64,000 nt of DNA from Balanoglossus misakiensis (lineage: Eukaryota; Animalia; Hemichordata). Shown here in pieces: positions 47,801 through 64,000 of this stretch. The number at the start of each line of letters is the position of its first letter. Position 1 is the stretch's first letter. The stretch lies in contig CM082584.2 in NCBI GenBank assembly GCA_040954595.2, positions 11,002,552 to 11,066,551 on the forward strand, written 5' to 3'. The position numbers and the translations under genes are program-made. Under the pieces are notes generated by a model, which was given only the letters and a program-made list of their open reading frames with translations, made no database searches and was not told the DNA's origin.

Positions 47801-49753
47801 ACTTGTTGGGATGACATGGTCAGGTATTCGCTATGGAAAAAATAAACAGAAAATATGAAATAACACATGGGGCCTAAGAAAAAAATGAGTTTCCACACTG
47901 ACACGCTTTGTGACTGAATCACCATTTCCATGTGCTGTTTTCTTTCTTCTTAATCTTCTTGAAAAATGTCTTATTTTTGAGTCATTTTTTGACTGATTTT
48001 TGCAATAAAGATGAGATCAGCCAAGCCAGTTATGAATACTGTATCTTTTCTTCAGACAATTCCCAGATGTGTGACATTTAACTGTTTTTCTGTCAAAGAC
48101 CCTTTCAACTGAACTCTGAGGATTGTACTCTGAAAAATTCATTTTCAAATGAACATTTAATTGCCAAAAGTGGTACCACTGATTCAATTCAATGAACAAC
48201 CAACAATAATTAACATTTTGCCATGACAACATGCAGGATTGGCAAAGAAGCCTCTAAGTTATGCTGTTTTTCAAATGGTTGCTCTCACTGTTTGACCTTG
48301 TCAGCTTTTAATGTGGCCTCCACTCAGTTCAGTAAATTAAATAAGCGAGACAGAGTCTCAAGGCCAAAGCGTACTGGTCAGCCATACATTGCAATGGAAA
48401 AATGCATTTGATGGGGTAAGAAGAATTTCATTTTGACCAGTGTATGTCAAATCCTTGGAATGAATACTAACCAGTGTATTGTCCTCTGGTGGCATTAATT
48501 TACTGTAATATTTGTGTCTGTTGTAAGTCACTGCCGCTGTCTGTTCCTCTACTGTTTGGACTCTATTCAAGTTTGTCAAACTCGGCGTGTAGTGGAAAGG
48601 TTTTCTGTAAGATGAAAACATTCTAAGATGAAAAACAAAATACATCAAAATGTTACTCTGGTTACTACCAGATAACATTACATTTTACATGTGAAATAGG
48701 AAACTCAAAAACTCATACCTTGTTTTTTGAACAGGCTCATCAATTGAAGCTTTGGACAGTCTGTCATTGGGACTGTATGAATTTTTGATTCGTGGCGAGT
48801 GCTCCAAAGAAGACCCTCCAGTGAAACTCGAATTTCTTGGTACAGATGATCCGCCTGAATCTTGTCCAGTGCCGCTTTTACCATTTTTCTGTGGACTCGC
48901 TGTGATACTTGAATATCTAAAACAATATAAATATTCTGTAGTGTTTCACGTACTTTTGGGAAATGGTAGTAATGACCAATATCCAAGAATGCCTGCATTT
49001 CAGGCAACTCCCTATCATTCGGTGACATTTAGACTTTGAATGCATTAAATATTCTTAACATTCAATTGTTTATTTCTTTGATCACATCAAACCTTCAATT
49101 GTCATGATGAACAACAGTGTTTGTGAAACATACTACATTGTACATAACAATGTAATATGTTATGTAACTCTGTTTTAAAACTCCTGAGTGTTCATGTCTA
49201 GTTGGACCATCAACCATAGTAACAGACAGGAGGTCTGGTCATGTTTGATTCATCACTTTTGTGGGATTCAAGTTGGCATATATCACCATAAACAGTACAT
49301 GTAGGTACGATTTCGCTAGTTTTATTTCGATGACATTGTCACTTGACAAAGAATTCATTAACACCTGTTTGTTATTATACACAGAGCTCTGCATACATTT
49401 TCACACATGAAAGGCTGTGAATTATTTGCACAAATAAACCACAGACTCACAGTGGCACAGACCTTAGTCACTGGTGATAATTTGCCCTTTCCTAAACGTG
49501 GTAATGGTATTACAAAAAGATCAAAGAGCGTGAGTTCCATCTGGCAGTGGGAAACGAACGATATATTTCATTCTGAGCGATCTAAGCCAACAAACGACGA
49601 AAGAAACTTCATAGGTTTGTTTTAAACTGTTGTATTCCCCCACACAGACAAGTTGATCGTGTACTCGACTCACCCAGCTGACGTTGTTGGGATGTCTTCC
49701 AAGTCATCATAGTCCACTTGGATCGAAAGTAGCGGTTTTCTCTCGTCATCCAT
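41824..49753 (-). CDS. SLC38A9: Sodium-coupled neutral amino acid transporter 9, paralogue B (full N-terminal sensor region)
   Basis: Exons 49674-49753 (MDDERKPLL), 48719-48916, 48472-48604 (KPFH...RHKYYSKL), 47739-47830 (PDHVIP), 45656-45813 (WNTMMGTS), further exons to the stop at 41824; duplicated exons 43886-43992 and 43549-43655. Confidence 0.9.
46240..47205 (+). CDS. Intronless orphan class A (rhodopsin-like) GPCR nested antisense in an SLC38A9 intron
   Basis: Seven hydrophobic segments, TM1 GN, TM2 LxxxD, TM7 NPCIY; no DRY. Lies within intron 45814-47738 of paralogue B. Confidence 0.85.
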   Translation: MADVEDERSSCDHTLPEPILTTAQKNLFIVCVLILVIIIAVGLLGNLAVCWLLSSRRSLRTCTNVQLILLGVVDIMVCAISCSIYLYGTLITLSQNMLCLDKFLVLRYFNSFVMGFNCITVALTLATMSISTALTATRNMPKEKMRSGIILSLSFSFAVGAIWGAFQAVLSGKMLPNMSHGEPYLPMMKISDIAGGVIIMVSVFTILISYIYVYIKQRMSLTVVQAFDGQASDSDNETADIVSLKTHMVMVLAFVITHIPAMIFCFIHFSSEAEMNVLYFIPLVCLYYCGSALNPCIYLATSQTYRHRFLLIIPSSKCTRS

Positions 49754-50514
49754 GTTCAAACTCTGAATTCAGCGTAATCAACAAGACGACAGAGAGAGTG
49801 TTCTGTGTGTGCGTCAAAATATTGCCACGGATCTATCCATTGACGCTGGCATCAACACGATGACCGCCATCATTGATCATGTGCACGTGATTTGTCCAAA
49901 GGTCAAAGACTACGTAGCTTAGCCAAGTTTAGAACTCTCTCAAACTGCAGGTGTGACGAGCCCGTTCATAAGTAAAGACTGTCGACACGACTTCAACAGT
50001 GAACATGTATATCGTTTGGTATCTGACGATTTTTCGCAAGAAACGAATTTCGGCAATTTGCTTCATGAAACGGAAATAATGGAAAACCCAATTATTGGAA
50101 ATAACTGGGTCAAATGTAAATTTACAAGTAGGTTGGGTGGTTTCAGATCACATCACTGCACTGTGACGGATAGGGTGGGTCATTAAGTCAATTGAGAGAA
50201 AATGTTATTTCCACTATTGCGTGTGCCCTTGTGATTGAATAAGTAATGTATTATTAAAAAATAAGCACTTATAATTTCATACTACGAAATACTCAACACT
50301 TTCTTTCCATACCTAGCATTTGAACAGAGCTTACCACCCCTCTAAAGTAATAGTCGATTTCAAGCGTACATGCCCGTCAGGTCAAAAGGTCAGGTCGAGG
50401 CACGTTCGCCTTCGGTGTGTTGTTGGTGATTGGGGCACGTCAGCTGGTTTCAGGACAGATTTAGCAATTTTGACGTGGATATACTTTATCACTGTTTTCC
50501 TGCTCTCCTACAAG

Positions 50515-54506
<3,992 letters not shown>

Positions 54507-54693
54507 AAAAAAAAACAATCTTGCCTGAAATCTCTGACAGACTACCGGTAGACAGGAGACCCAAAACTGCTGGATTTCTGTCAAATGAAGACCATTTGCA
54601 GCACTGTAGTAGGAGTATTTACTGATGCATCATGGGATGTCAGAACTGTATCATTGTTGCTCATATGTTTGCTGAAATCTTGGTAGAGTAGTC

Positions 54694-54787
54694 TTAACCC
54701 TTTCACCCCCCAGTTCCTTCTTTAGAGGTCTAACCTCACCATAGAAGACAACGGGTTTGGACTGGACCATAGAGGTGAAAGGGTTAA
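54694..54787. mobile_element. Short piggyBac-like MITE, copy 1
   Basis: TTAA-CCCTTTCACC...GGTGAAAGGG-TTAA. Confidence 0.75.
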
Positions 54788-55063
54788 ATGTTGGTGAAGA
54801 GTTCATGTGCCAAGCAACTAGTTGCCAGGTGCCAGGAAGAATTTCGAATTCTAAAAAGTCATGTACCAGGCAGCTGGTTGCTGAAATCTTTTTTATTGTT
54901 TGTTTTTTCCAGACATATGATGTATATTGCATCATATACCTGGCAAGTTGTTTTAATTAGCTGTGGTTGGTTGGTTGGAATTAGTGTTTTAATTTTGTTC
55001 TTGGTACAAACATTTCTGTTTTATTTTGTGTTTTTGAACACCTTTGTCTTAGGACTGCAGTGT

Positions 55064-55150
55064 TTAACCCTTTCACCCCCAGTTCCCTCTTTAGTTCCCT
55101 ACCGTAGAAAACAAGGGGTTTGGACTGAACCATGGTGGTGAAAGGGTTAA
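55064..55150. mobile_element. Short piggyBac-like MITE, copy 2
   Basis: Same TIRs, TTAA flanks and internal sequence as 54694-54787; family fragments also near 3902 and 33319-33396. Confidence 0.75.
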
Positions 55151-57065
55151 TACTTCCCAGAATGTTAAACATTTGTTCAGAGAATCCAACTTTCTTGCCA
55201 GAATTTACCATCTCAGTCAGAGTGTGTTGTGTGCTTAGTATTCTCATAATTCCCTTTGTTATTGTAAAATCTAGTATTTAAACACAGAAGTCCTTACTGA
55301 AATAAGTATACCATCTACTTAAAATTTGGCCACAACTAATTTGTAGTTGTTTGAAAAAAAAGTTGCATGTATGTTTTCTTTTGTGTCTGTTAGAAAACCA
55401 AATCCTATCTATGATGGTAGATGATGTTATGTAATACTGTATATATATTATAGTTTATAAATTATAAATAAATTATGATAATGTATTTGAAATTAAGTCC
55501 ATACATCCAGTTCTGTACAACTCAACTATTCTGTTATGACTCATCATACATTATTTTTTGTTGTTGAAAAATGCAAACTCTTCGTAAGAATAACACACAC
55601 TTTGTGGTCTGTGTGTTTGATGGTCAAACTTTGTTGTTATAAACCATTTTACTAAATTACAGACAATTGAGTAAAGTGCTTATATACACAACAAATTTTG
55701 TTATTGGTTTATTGTAGGATATTTTTCTAGCATTGGCGTGCATCTGCTTGCCAATTTTCTTTGTTCTCCCCACACAGCATTTTAAGCTGTGTAACATAAA
55801 TTATAGTTGCTGAAGTGATTGTAATCTTGTTTTGAGTGTTATTTTGATAAGTGAAACTGAAAGAAGAAAATCATATGTTGATTCCCAAAGTATATAAACC
55901 TGAAAATAGCACCAGTGTAGCAAGAAAAATTAGCACTGTGTGATTCTTATTTTGCAGGAATGAGTTTTTTGTTTGCATGTGAAGAGTTCTCTCTGACTTG
56001 TGACTTTTTGTAATCATGTGCATGGCAGTTAAGATTGCAAACATTATAATAGTTCAGAAAAAAGAGCTGTAGTCACCCTCACTTGTTCTTGTAGGTAAAA
56101 CATTCTACCTTGAACTGAAATATTATACTTTTTGTGGAGACTTTACTTGATCTTTCTCATATTATGAAAAATCTGAATTCTGCTTGATGCCTGTTCCTTA
56201 TATGTATTTGTAGTTTTCATTGTTGTTTTTTTAATTTATTATTTAATTTTAAGAAGCGATTTTTGTAACTAAGAAACTTGTAGTGGTAATGGTAAAGTGA
56301 GAACTTACCCAACTGGAGTTAGCAAATTTCTCAAAACTGCCCCATGCACTGCAGAGATGCTTTGTATTGTGTTGATGTATCTAAATTATTTCATGTTGAC
56401 TAAATTATAGGGGGAAGGTAGGCAGACAATTATTAATCCAGATGGCTGTAGGTAGATCGCATAAGACACAGGTACATACGTATGACTTGAACAACTTTTG
56501 TCATAGCTGTGTGCCTGCAGTTCATGCTTTTGTTGTAGTTGGCCTGTTGTTAAATAAAAGTAAAATAAACCAGCTGTCTGAGTCGTTCATTATCCTTCAG
56601 TGGTTTGATCCAACTCCAAGGGAATGGGGGTTAAAACCTTCAAGCAGTATGTGATATTGATGTCAAATTGAAGGCCAAAGTAATGCACAGGGGAAAAAAA
56701 TACCCAAGACAATTTTTCCAAAACTATAAAACTTCACAGCTGTTGTTTTTATTTTTGTCTCTGGAAAAAAAACAATGCTTGGTTTTACATTTGATGCAAG
56801 TGTGAACTTGTGAAACACTGGAGACATCAATCGTTCACAAACCAAAATGTATAATTTCACACTCAAAAGGTTTTACATGCATTTTTTAAGTTACACTTTA
56901 AAAAAATCTTCTTCATGAATAAATTATGTACTTTGTACTGTAGAAAATAATGAATAGCACCATGAACTTCAGACCAGCACACACTACACTAGGTATACAC
57001 TAAATCTGTTGGCAATGCTGGCCAAATAAATAAATTCTATAGACAGGATTTCATCACTGCTGCGT

Positions 57066-58300
57066 CTAAGCTTCAGCTGATTGCCTCAGCGACTCAAGCA
57101 ATTGTTTTCTGTCCTTCGGAGCAGTGGCAAAATACAACTTCTGCTGTTCGGAGTACTTGTCATCAACTGGGATGATATCCCGATACGACCAATCCTGCCA
57201 GCGGTCGTTGAATCGCTCCAGAAGCTCCTTTCTCATTTCATCGGTAGAGACAACGTCTGGCGGGGATTTCTGTTCGAGGTCCGGCACTTGGATGTCTCTG
57301 AAGATTACCACGCCACGCAATGCAAACCAGCCACCATACTTGGGATGTATACTCACGCCAAAAATTCTCTGAAAAATACAAAATAGAGATTGTATATTAG
57401 GGCCTTGACAGAGGGCAGGCTGACATGAAAGAGAAGTTAACTCTGTCCTTATAACAATGGACTGGCAGTTGTTATATTTCCATCAATTTATTCTGATGTC
57501 CTCTTATCGTCCTGTTGGTTTGTAATGTATCATCCCTCACCTTATCCTTGTCCCAAGGATCATTCTTCATATCTTTTCTCTGGTAGTAATAAGCAGCTCC
57601 AGCAACATGGCCTGCAGTTTGCACCAGAACCTTGGGTCGCCTATTTGCGTGCATGTCATAGTCATGGAAGATTTCTATCTTCTCATCTGGGAGTATCTGC
57701 AGAATTACCAATATATCATAATTACACTAGGTTGTACAATCTCTCGGTTTTTTTTACAAATGGGCGAAAACAATATAGGATGACATAGTACAAGTATCAT
57801 GGTAGTCAGTGGCCGAGAATGCTTGGCATTTTGCAGCATAAGAACTCACCTCTGCCACCTTCTGAAGGTGAGTGTCCATACACTGGTCAATTGGATCTCT
57901 GGTAGAATCCAGGCAATCCACTCTGGTTATGTATGGCAAGAAAGCTTTCTCAAAGACATTCGGCGTACTGATCATTATGTATGCCAGGGTATCAGCTGGG
58001 TAGTCCAGCTTGAAGATTGCATCCACAGCGTCATTGTACCAACCGACCTGAAGGAAAATGAAATGATCTCAGTAATGTACAAATGGTAAATTTCATCCAC
58101 AGAAAAGTGAAAGCTTGTCATCGCACTGGAGTCTGCAGAACACATCAGTTAGCATTAAAATAATTAACAGCTCCAGATGAGAACCTACGACAAAGACACC
58201 TTGAAAGACATACCTTAAACGGATAGAATTCGAACCCGATAGGAGTGAAAATGTCCGAAAACTTCTCGTCGATGTTTCCTCCGACTCCGGAAGCGGCCAT
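57066..58300 (-). CDS. MMACHC: Cyanocobalamin reductase / alkylcobalamin dealkylase (CblC)
   Basis: Exons 58214-58300 (GFEFYPFK), 57850-58047 (VGWYN, DPIDQC), 57541-57696 (RRPKVLVQTAGHVAGAAYYYQR), 57066-57368 (HPKYGGWFALRG). Confidence 0.95.
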
Positions 58301-58359
58301 TTCTAGTGTCAACTTTGACCTTACTCATCGACCAATTACAAAACAGCAAACTTTTAACC

Positions 58360-58381
58360 TCACATGACCAAGTCACCTGAC
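58360..58381. promoter_or_regulatory. M-box plus CLEAR-like E-box in the MMACHC/IFI30 bidirectional promoter
   Basis: TCACATGA followed by GTCACCTGAC, within the 171 bp separating the two start codons. Confidence 0.5.
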
Positions 58382-58471
58382 TTATTGCGAAGCAAACAAA
58401 ACCTCCCACCGGCAAACCAGGGTATTCTTATCTTCGTTGACAGCGTTGTTTCACTAGAAAAACTTGACAAA

Positions 58472-60323
58472 ATGTTAAGAATAACACTCATTTCGCTCCT
58501 CGCAGTATCCGCCGTTTGGTGTGACAACTGTAATTTGCCACCAAGGCTGTGGTGTTCCAGCGAAGAAACTTCAAAAAATTGCGGGGTAAGCAACTTCTTT
58601 CCAAACTTTTTTTCCAGCACGTTGTTACTCTCAAAAGCAGAATCATGGTAGTTTTAAACAGTGAGACCTCATTGTCAAATAGACAAGCCATAAAATGCTT
58701 AGAGTAGAATGACTCATCACTTTCTTTATTTGCAGGTTGAGTACCAGTGTGCTGTGTATAAAGCAACTGAAAACTCGGTTAGAACCTCGCCCCTTGTTCA
58801 AGTCACTTTGTATTATGAGTCACTGTGTCCAGGCTGCAGAAGTTTCATCAAGTCTCAGCTGTACCCAACATGGCAAACTATACAAAGCATCATGAATGTA
58901 ACACTGGTACCATATGGCAATGCTCACGTAAGTTTGCCAGGTGGATAAAAACACCCTTGTAACTTCCCCCACAGTTGATCACTGTCCTTTAACAAACTTC
59001 TGTATTGTCGCCTCAAATGACAGGAAGTCTGTCAACGCCCAACATGGGATAATCACAAGACCATTGTCATATGTCCGTTTCTGACACCTCATTAATGACA
59101 TACAGACACTCTGAATTTCTCTCTTCACCAGATACTGAGTCACATGACAGTCAGGCCATAGATACAAAAGTAGGGGCGTTTCCCATTGTCCGAAGAAAAA
59201 AAATTATTCCCAAAGTAAAAGAAAGTGAAATATTTATCATGTGTGAGATGGAAGTAAAAAAGTCAACAAATATGCATGTAAAATATGCATAATTGTTTTT
59301 ATATTCCATTGTTGTTCTGGGCAGTGTATATAAAGTGGATGACACTGTGCTCTCTGTTATTTGTTAAAGGAGACACAAGTTGGTGATCATTGGGAGTACG
59401 AGTGCCAGCATGGAGAGAATGAATGTATCGGGAACTTGATAGAGACATGCCTCTTGCATTACAATGACATGAAAACAGCGTTCCCTGTCCTGGCGTGCAT
59501 GGAAGCATCTGGACAACCTTATGATCCTGCAACCGGACAACAGGTAGCATGTTCCTGTCATTTCATTTTGCTTTAAAGGTATTCGGTCACCTAATGGGAA
59601 ATAAGCTACAGTTACCAGAGCAAACTGAGTTCTAGCCAATCACAGTTTTCCGTGTACTCACTACTGTTTTGAGAATGTAATTGAAGACCTGAGATTATGA
59701 TGTGTTATGTCTGCAAATATTTAATAACTCTGAACTTGTGTTTCCGCAGTGTGCCAGTCAGTATGGAGTTGATTTTGCTACAGTGTTGAAGTGTAGTAAT
59801 AGTTCACTGGGCAATCAATTAGAGCATCAGATGGCGCTACAAACAGAGGCACTCAACCCACCACATAACTATGTACCATGGGTAACAGTCAATGGGGTAA
59901 GGGTTATACCATTCTATGAGAAGGGGTGGAGATTCTTCCTTGATACAGTGGCTGATAGTCAGTCAGTCAATCCTGGCTTTATAGAGGTTATTTTTGGTGG
60001 AAGAGTAATCTGGGTGCAAAGATTTACTAGTAATCAATTATCAGTTGTTTTTCTTGAAAAGTTACAAGTATCCAAGTTATCACAAGATAGCATAATAACA
60101 GTGCCAGTCAAAACTGTCAATCATTGTAACTGATTTACTCTGTGCAACATCTAAAAAATCCAACAGACTAGGAAGATTTTGTTTTTATTCTCTTCAACAG
60201 GTTCATACAGAACAGATACAGCAGGAAGCTACCACAGACTTGTTAAAACTTGTTTGTGACACCTACACTGGTCCGAAACCACCAGCCTGTACTTCACCAC
60301 TGGATGTCTGCTACAAACTGTAA
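58472..60323 (+). CDS. IFI30: Gamma-interferon-inducible lysosomal thiol reductase (GILT)
   Basis: Exons 58472-58585, 58736-58927 (YYESLCPGC), 59370-59543 ([11 protein letters not shown]), 59750-59896 (YVPWVTVNG), 60201-60323. Confidence 0.95.
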
Positions 60324-61371
60324 ATGAAATCAGGATTATAGTGTCAAACATCATTTTAACTGGTACTCAAAATTATTTTTTGTCATAATTTCCATCCAAA
60401 TTTTACTCTTATTTACTATTAGAGGTTGAAAGGGACAGTTATTTTCAGTATATGAATTTTGTTACACCTTAGATTATATTTTCTACTCCCTACATCGTAA
60501 AGAAACTTTCATTATGTGGCTTATCAATGCAACCCATATACACGTACACCAATACAAGTGAATTGAGATCAAAACTCCACTATATAAATGGAATTATGAA
60601 TTATGGGAACGCCAGTTAAGACTGTGGCTGGGTGGTCAAGTATCCTGAAACTTCTTTTCAATATCCCAAGTGCCTTAATTTTTTTAAGGAAATAATTTAT
60701 AATTTACATGTATATTAATTTCAAGAAACAACATTCCTTTGTATAATTTTGATCTATATTTCAGCAAAATAACTGCATTCCAGTACACAAGATTTGATTA
60801 TCAAGATATTTCATGATTTTATTTGAAGTTTTCATGGTTTCATTTACACAGACTGTACAATGTGTATATATGTCAGATATAACTGAACTTGTAGTATTGA
60901 TTTTGTCTCTATGAATTCGACAGACTTGACTGCAGCAAGTACATACACATTATGCAAATAACTTTCGAGAAGTGTATGTTGTATTAAATCGGCTTCTGCC
61001 AATGAAATGACAAGGTCCAGTGGATTCAATGAATATGATATTCAAATAGATAAAAAATAAAATCCATATTTAGGAATTTCTTTCATGACCCCAACCAATC
61101 TGATTAAATATCTCTTTGTAAAATAAATTCTGAGAAAAGTGGTATGAAGACTGTCAAACTGTTCAATAACCATGCAGCTTTACATGCATGTGGATGACCT
61201 CAGCATTGGAGAGATAAAAATATATTCATGCAGCCTCATAATTCCAATCACAAGACAGTACATAGAATTGCATTCAATGCAGTGTTCATTTCTATTGCAG
61301 CTTATGCTATCCCATCGTTTGTCCGACAAACAAGTGTGCGACGCCAGCTAATATAACTGTTCTGCTTATTT

Positions 61372-63623
61372 TCACAAGCCAGAGTACACTTTATTCCCCT
61401 TCTTCAACAGTTTTTCCTCCTCATCAGTGTTGATCTCCACGGGTAGGTTGCCCCTGTACAGTGCGTAATGCTGGACAATGAAGAGAATGTCGAAGAGAAT
61501 GGAGAACACGCCCAGGCCGAATTTGGTGGGGTCGCCAAAGATCGACTTCCAGTCATTGTAGTTGTACGAAATGAGAAACATCTGGAGGAGACTGAGAGAG
61601 CCACCAGTGAAGTCAAGTAACACATTGCCGATACTCCAGCCGACAGTACTCTTGCGTTTGTAGTTCATGTATGCCTAGATGTAAATCAGAAAACAAGGAA
61701 TGAGATGCAAGCCATTGAGCCATTCATAATAATATCAATATCAATCAGCATACTTGTACGATATCAGCAATGCAATTGAGAATCATTACAAAGGGGTATT
61801 ACCTGAGGGATATATTTGATGAGTGTGACACCCAGCTTGATGTAGGACAGGTACAAGAGGTAATTCAACCAGGAAATGATACCTCCGTGACTGGATGCAG
61901 TGATGATCAATGTGATCAATGCAAAGGCCCAAGCCAGGGAGAGTAACAGTGCACACACTTTGGACACCCTCTGACCACCACGCTGAAAGTCGAAGATAAT
62001 AGTTTAAAATCAATTGCTAAAAAGATCTAATATGACATTTACATTGAGCCCTGCTTCAAATGGTTTGCAGTGGTTGTAGCGCCTTCATGGCTCTGTTTAA
62101 GGAATAAGGCCGCTCTCTTCTGACTTTCTCAGTGAATTTTGCTTAGAACAAAAGAAATGTACAGTTGTTTGACTACGGTAGTACTATAATAGAAACTCAT
62201 TCTGTGAAGACTTCTCTGCCTTACCTCATATATACAGCACTGGAATATGGTGAAGGATGTGACGGCCACAGCATGTAGTGTAAACACAACATCATTCAAC
62301 TGGACTGGGTTGACACCGCGTGGATGAGATTCTTTGTATTCTGCCTGATATTAGAGGAAAAATAATCATGGAATGAAAGAGGAACGATTTCACATTCTCT
62401 GTTCCTCTGCAGCTAGGCCACCACCAGTGACAGTCATTTTATAAATCTTGGTTCTCATTTGGCCAAGAGATAATGTCAATAGCAAAATCAGAGCATCCAC
62501 TCATTCACCTTGAGAGTATCCGGCTTGTACTGTCACTTACCCACACTTCCGGAATCCAGTACATTCCCACATTGTAAAGGCAATATGCTATGAATCCAGT
62601 CAGGTTGTATGACAGGAAATCGAAATTCAACCCAATAACACTGAAATAGACAACAGAAGGGTACTAATGACCAGCTGCTTTTCATCATGAGCCATATATC
62701 CAATTCTCTTTAAACAGACTTTGTATACCTTCTATTAAGCTATGACCACAGTGCACGACTTTCCTTGGCAATGGAACAGGCAGGAAATTTTAACCAATTA
62801 TGTGAATTTAAATTCATGAAAAAAATACACAAAGTTCCAGAAAATGGGGCTTTAACATTCAAACCAATGACTTTATCTGAAACACTCACCTTTTTCTTTT
62901 GAAATTCAGATATATCTGTGGATAAAATGAGACTGACCATGCTGCAAAGTACATCCATCCAATGACATCTATCAAAATGTTCAACCATTCAACATGTACG
63001 ACTGATATGTGAACAAAGACATCTGATAACCTGCAATGTGAAATACACAATTAAAACACTAGTACGGATACTTGATTTATACTGTGTAGTACATTTCACA
63101 TACTTATGATTCCACAATTCTAAGATGCACAATTTTTCTTACTCTAGTTCTGTTGATGATGAATTGAAGTCTATGATGCATTCACCAGCATGGAAGGTCA
63201 TCACATGCAGCTCTGCTGATGCATTACTCTGTTCAGCTGGTAAAGTCACAGACTGGAAAGTAAAAGAAAACACACATCATGGCCTTCAAACATAACAAAA
63301 ACATTTGATGACCATCATAACATGGCTGAATCAAATTTCATCATTATCAGCAGCAGCTGTGACAGGCGATCAAGGACACTTTCCTTCATTCGAGAGAAAA
63401 ACTGTCATACATTTACCTCTTCAGTAAGATTGGCCACCCATGGTAAATTACTGGTGGGATAGATTTCCGCGGACTGTTGTAATGCTTGATTGACAGTTAT
63501 CTTGACAGTGTCCGAATTTCCTAGCTCGATGACAAGATCTCCCGGAGACACTTCCAAAATCGTCGTGTTTTGTTGATACGTCGAACGACAAAATTGTAGG
63601 ATGATCAAGAGTTTGAATAACAT
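61372..63623 (-). CDS. CTNS: Cystinosin
   Basis: Exons 63417-63623, 63143-63252, 62890-63030 (WSVSFYPQ), 62541-62640, 62225-62344, 61803-61982 (KYIPQ), 61372-61674 ([26 protein letters not shown]). Confidence 0.95.
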
Positions 63624-63769
63624 CTTGACGGGTTTGCGGTAAATGTCACAATAGTTGGGTCATCACAAGTTCGGAAATGGGACGAGACTGCACTGTCACG
63701 GTACGGACAATCAATCAATATTGTTTGGTGCAGCTGGCTATAGCTAGCAGACAACTGAATGATCAATGA

Positions 63770-63793
63770 TCACATGACTTAGAGTCAGGTGAC
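63770..63793. promoter_or_regulatory. M-box plus CLEAR-like E-box upstream of CTNS
   Basis: TCACATGA followed by GTCAGGTGAC (reverse complement GTCACCTGAC), about 150 bp upstream of the ATG. Confidence 0.5.
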
Positions 63794-64000
63794 TGGTGTT
63801 CTATCTGCGCAGGTCTGTTTCAACAAATAAGTTTGCGGTAACATAACAATTTTACGATATCTGTAGCCATTGATTAAGCCTTATCATTTTAATACAACAA
63901 ATGAGTTGTTTAATTTATAAGAATTTGAGCTATAAAGTCTAGAATTCAAAACTGAGCTGCGCAGTGCTAGTGCGAGAGGAATGTGTATTTGCAGAGGATA

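Noticed and set aside
58215-58415. 66-aa minus-strand ORF as the MMACHC start
   Set aside because: Wrong frame; the frame starting at 58300 gives the conserved GFEFYPFK and splices in phase.

Overview
Gene-dense, intron-rich animal DNA, most likely an invertebrate deuterostome (inferred from the ST3Gal3/5-type sialyltransferase, low GC and absence of vertebrate-type repeats). Gene order: EFCAB7 (-, partial) head-to-head with a multi-exon gene that may be a CENP-R/ITGB3BP orthologue; a mucin-like type I membrane protein (-); a 122-aa four-exon membrane gene only fragmentarily visible in the ORF track (-); four secreted Frizzled-CRD-only genes (+), three of which end in a CxCQCxC tail; an ST3Gal gene whose GC-AG intron holds about 10.6 copies of a 545-bp repeat; two tail-to-tail SLC38A9 paralogues (one lacking the Rag-binding N-terminal motifs, the other with duplicated 107-nt exons and a nested DRY-less GPCR); then PGM1, MMACHC, IFI30/GILT and CTNS. 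Several non-autonomous DNA transposons and hairpins lie in introns. The best candidates for new biology are the Frizzled-CRD cluster, the divided SLC38A9 pair and a possible MiT/TFE-regulated lysosomal gene neighbourhood. Exon models were read by hand from splice sites and reading phase; family assignments are from remembered sequences and no database search was run.
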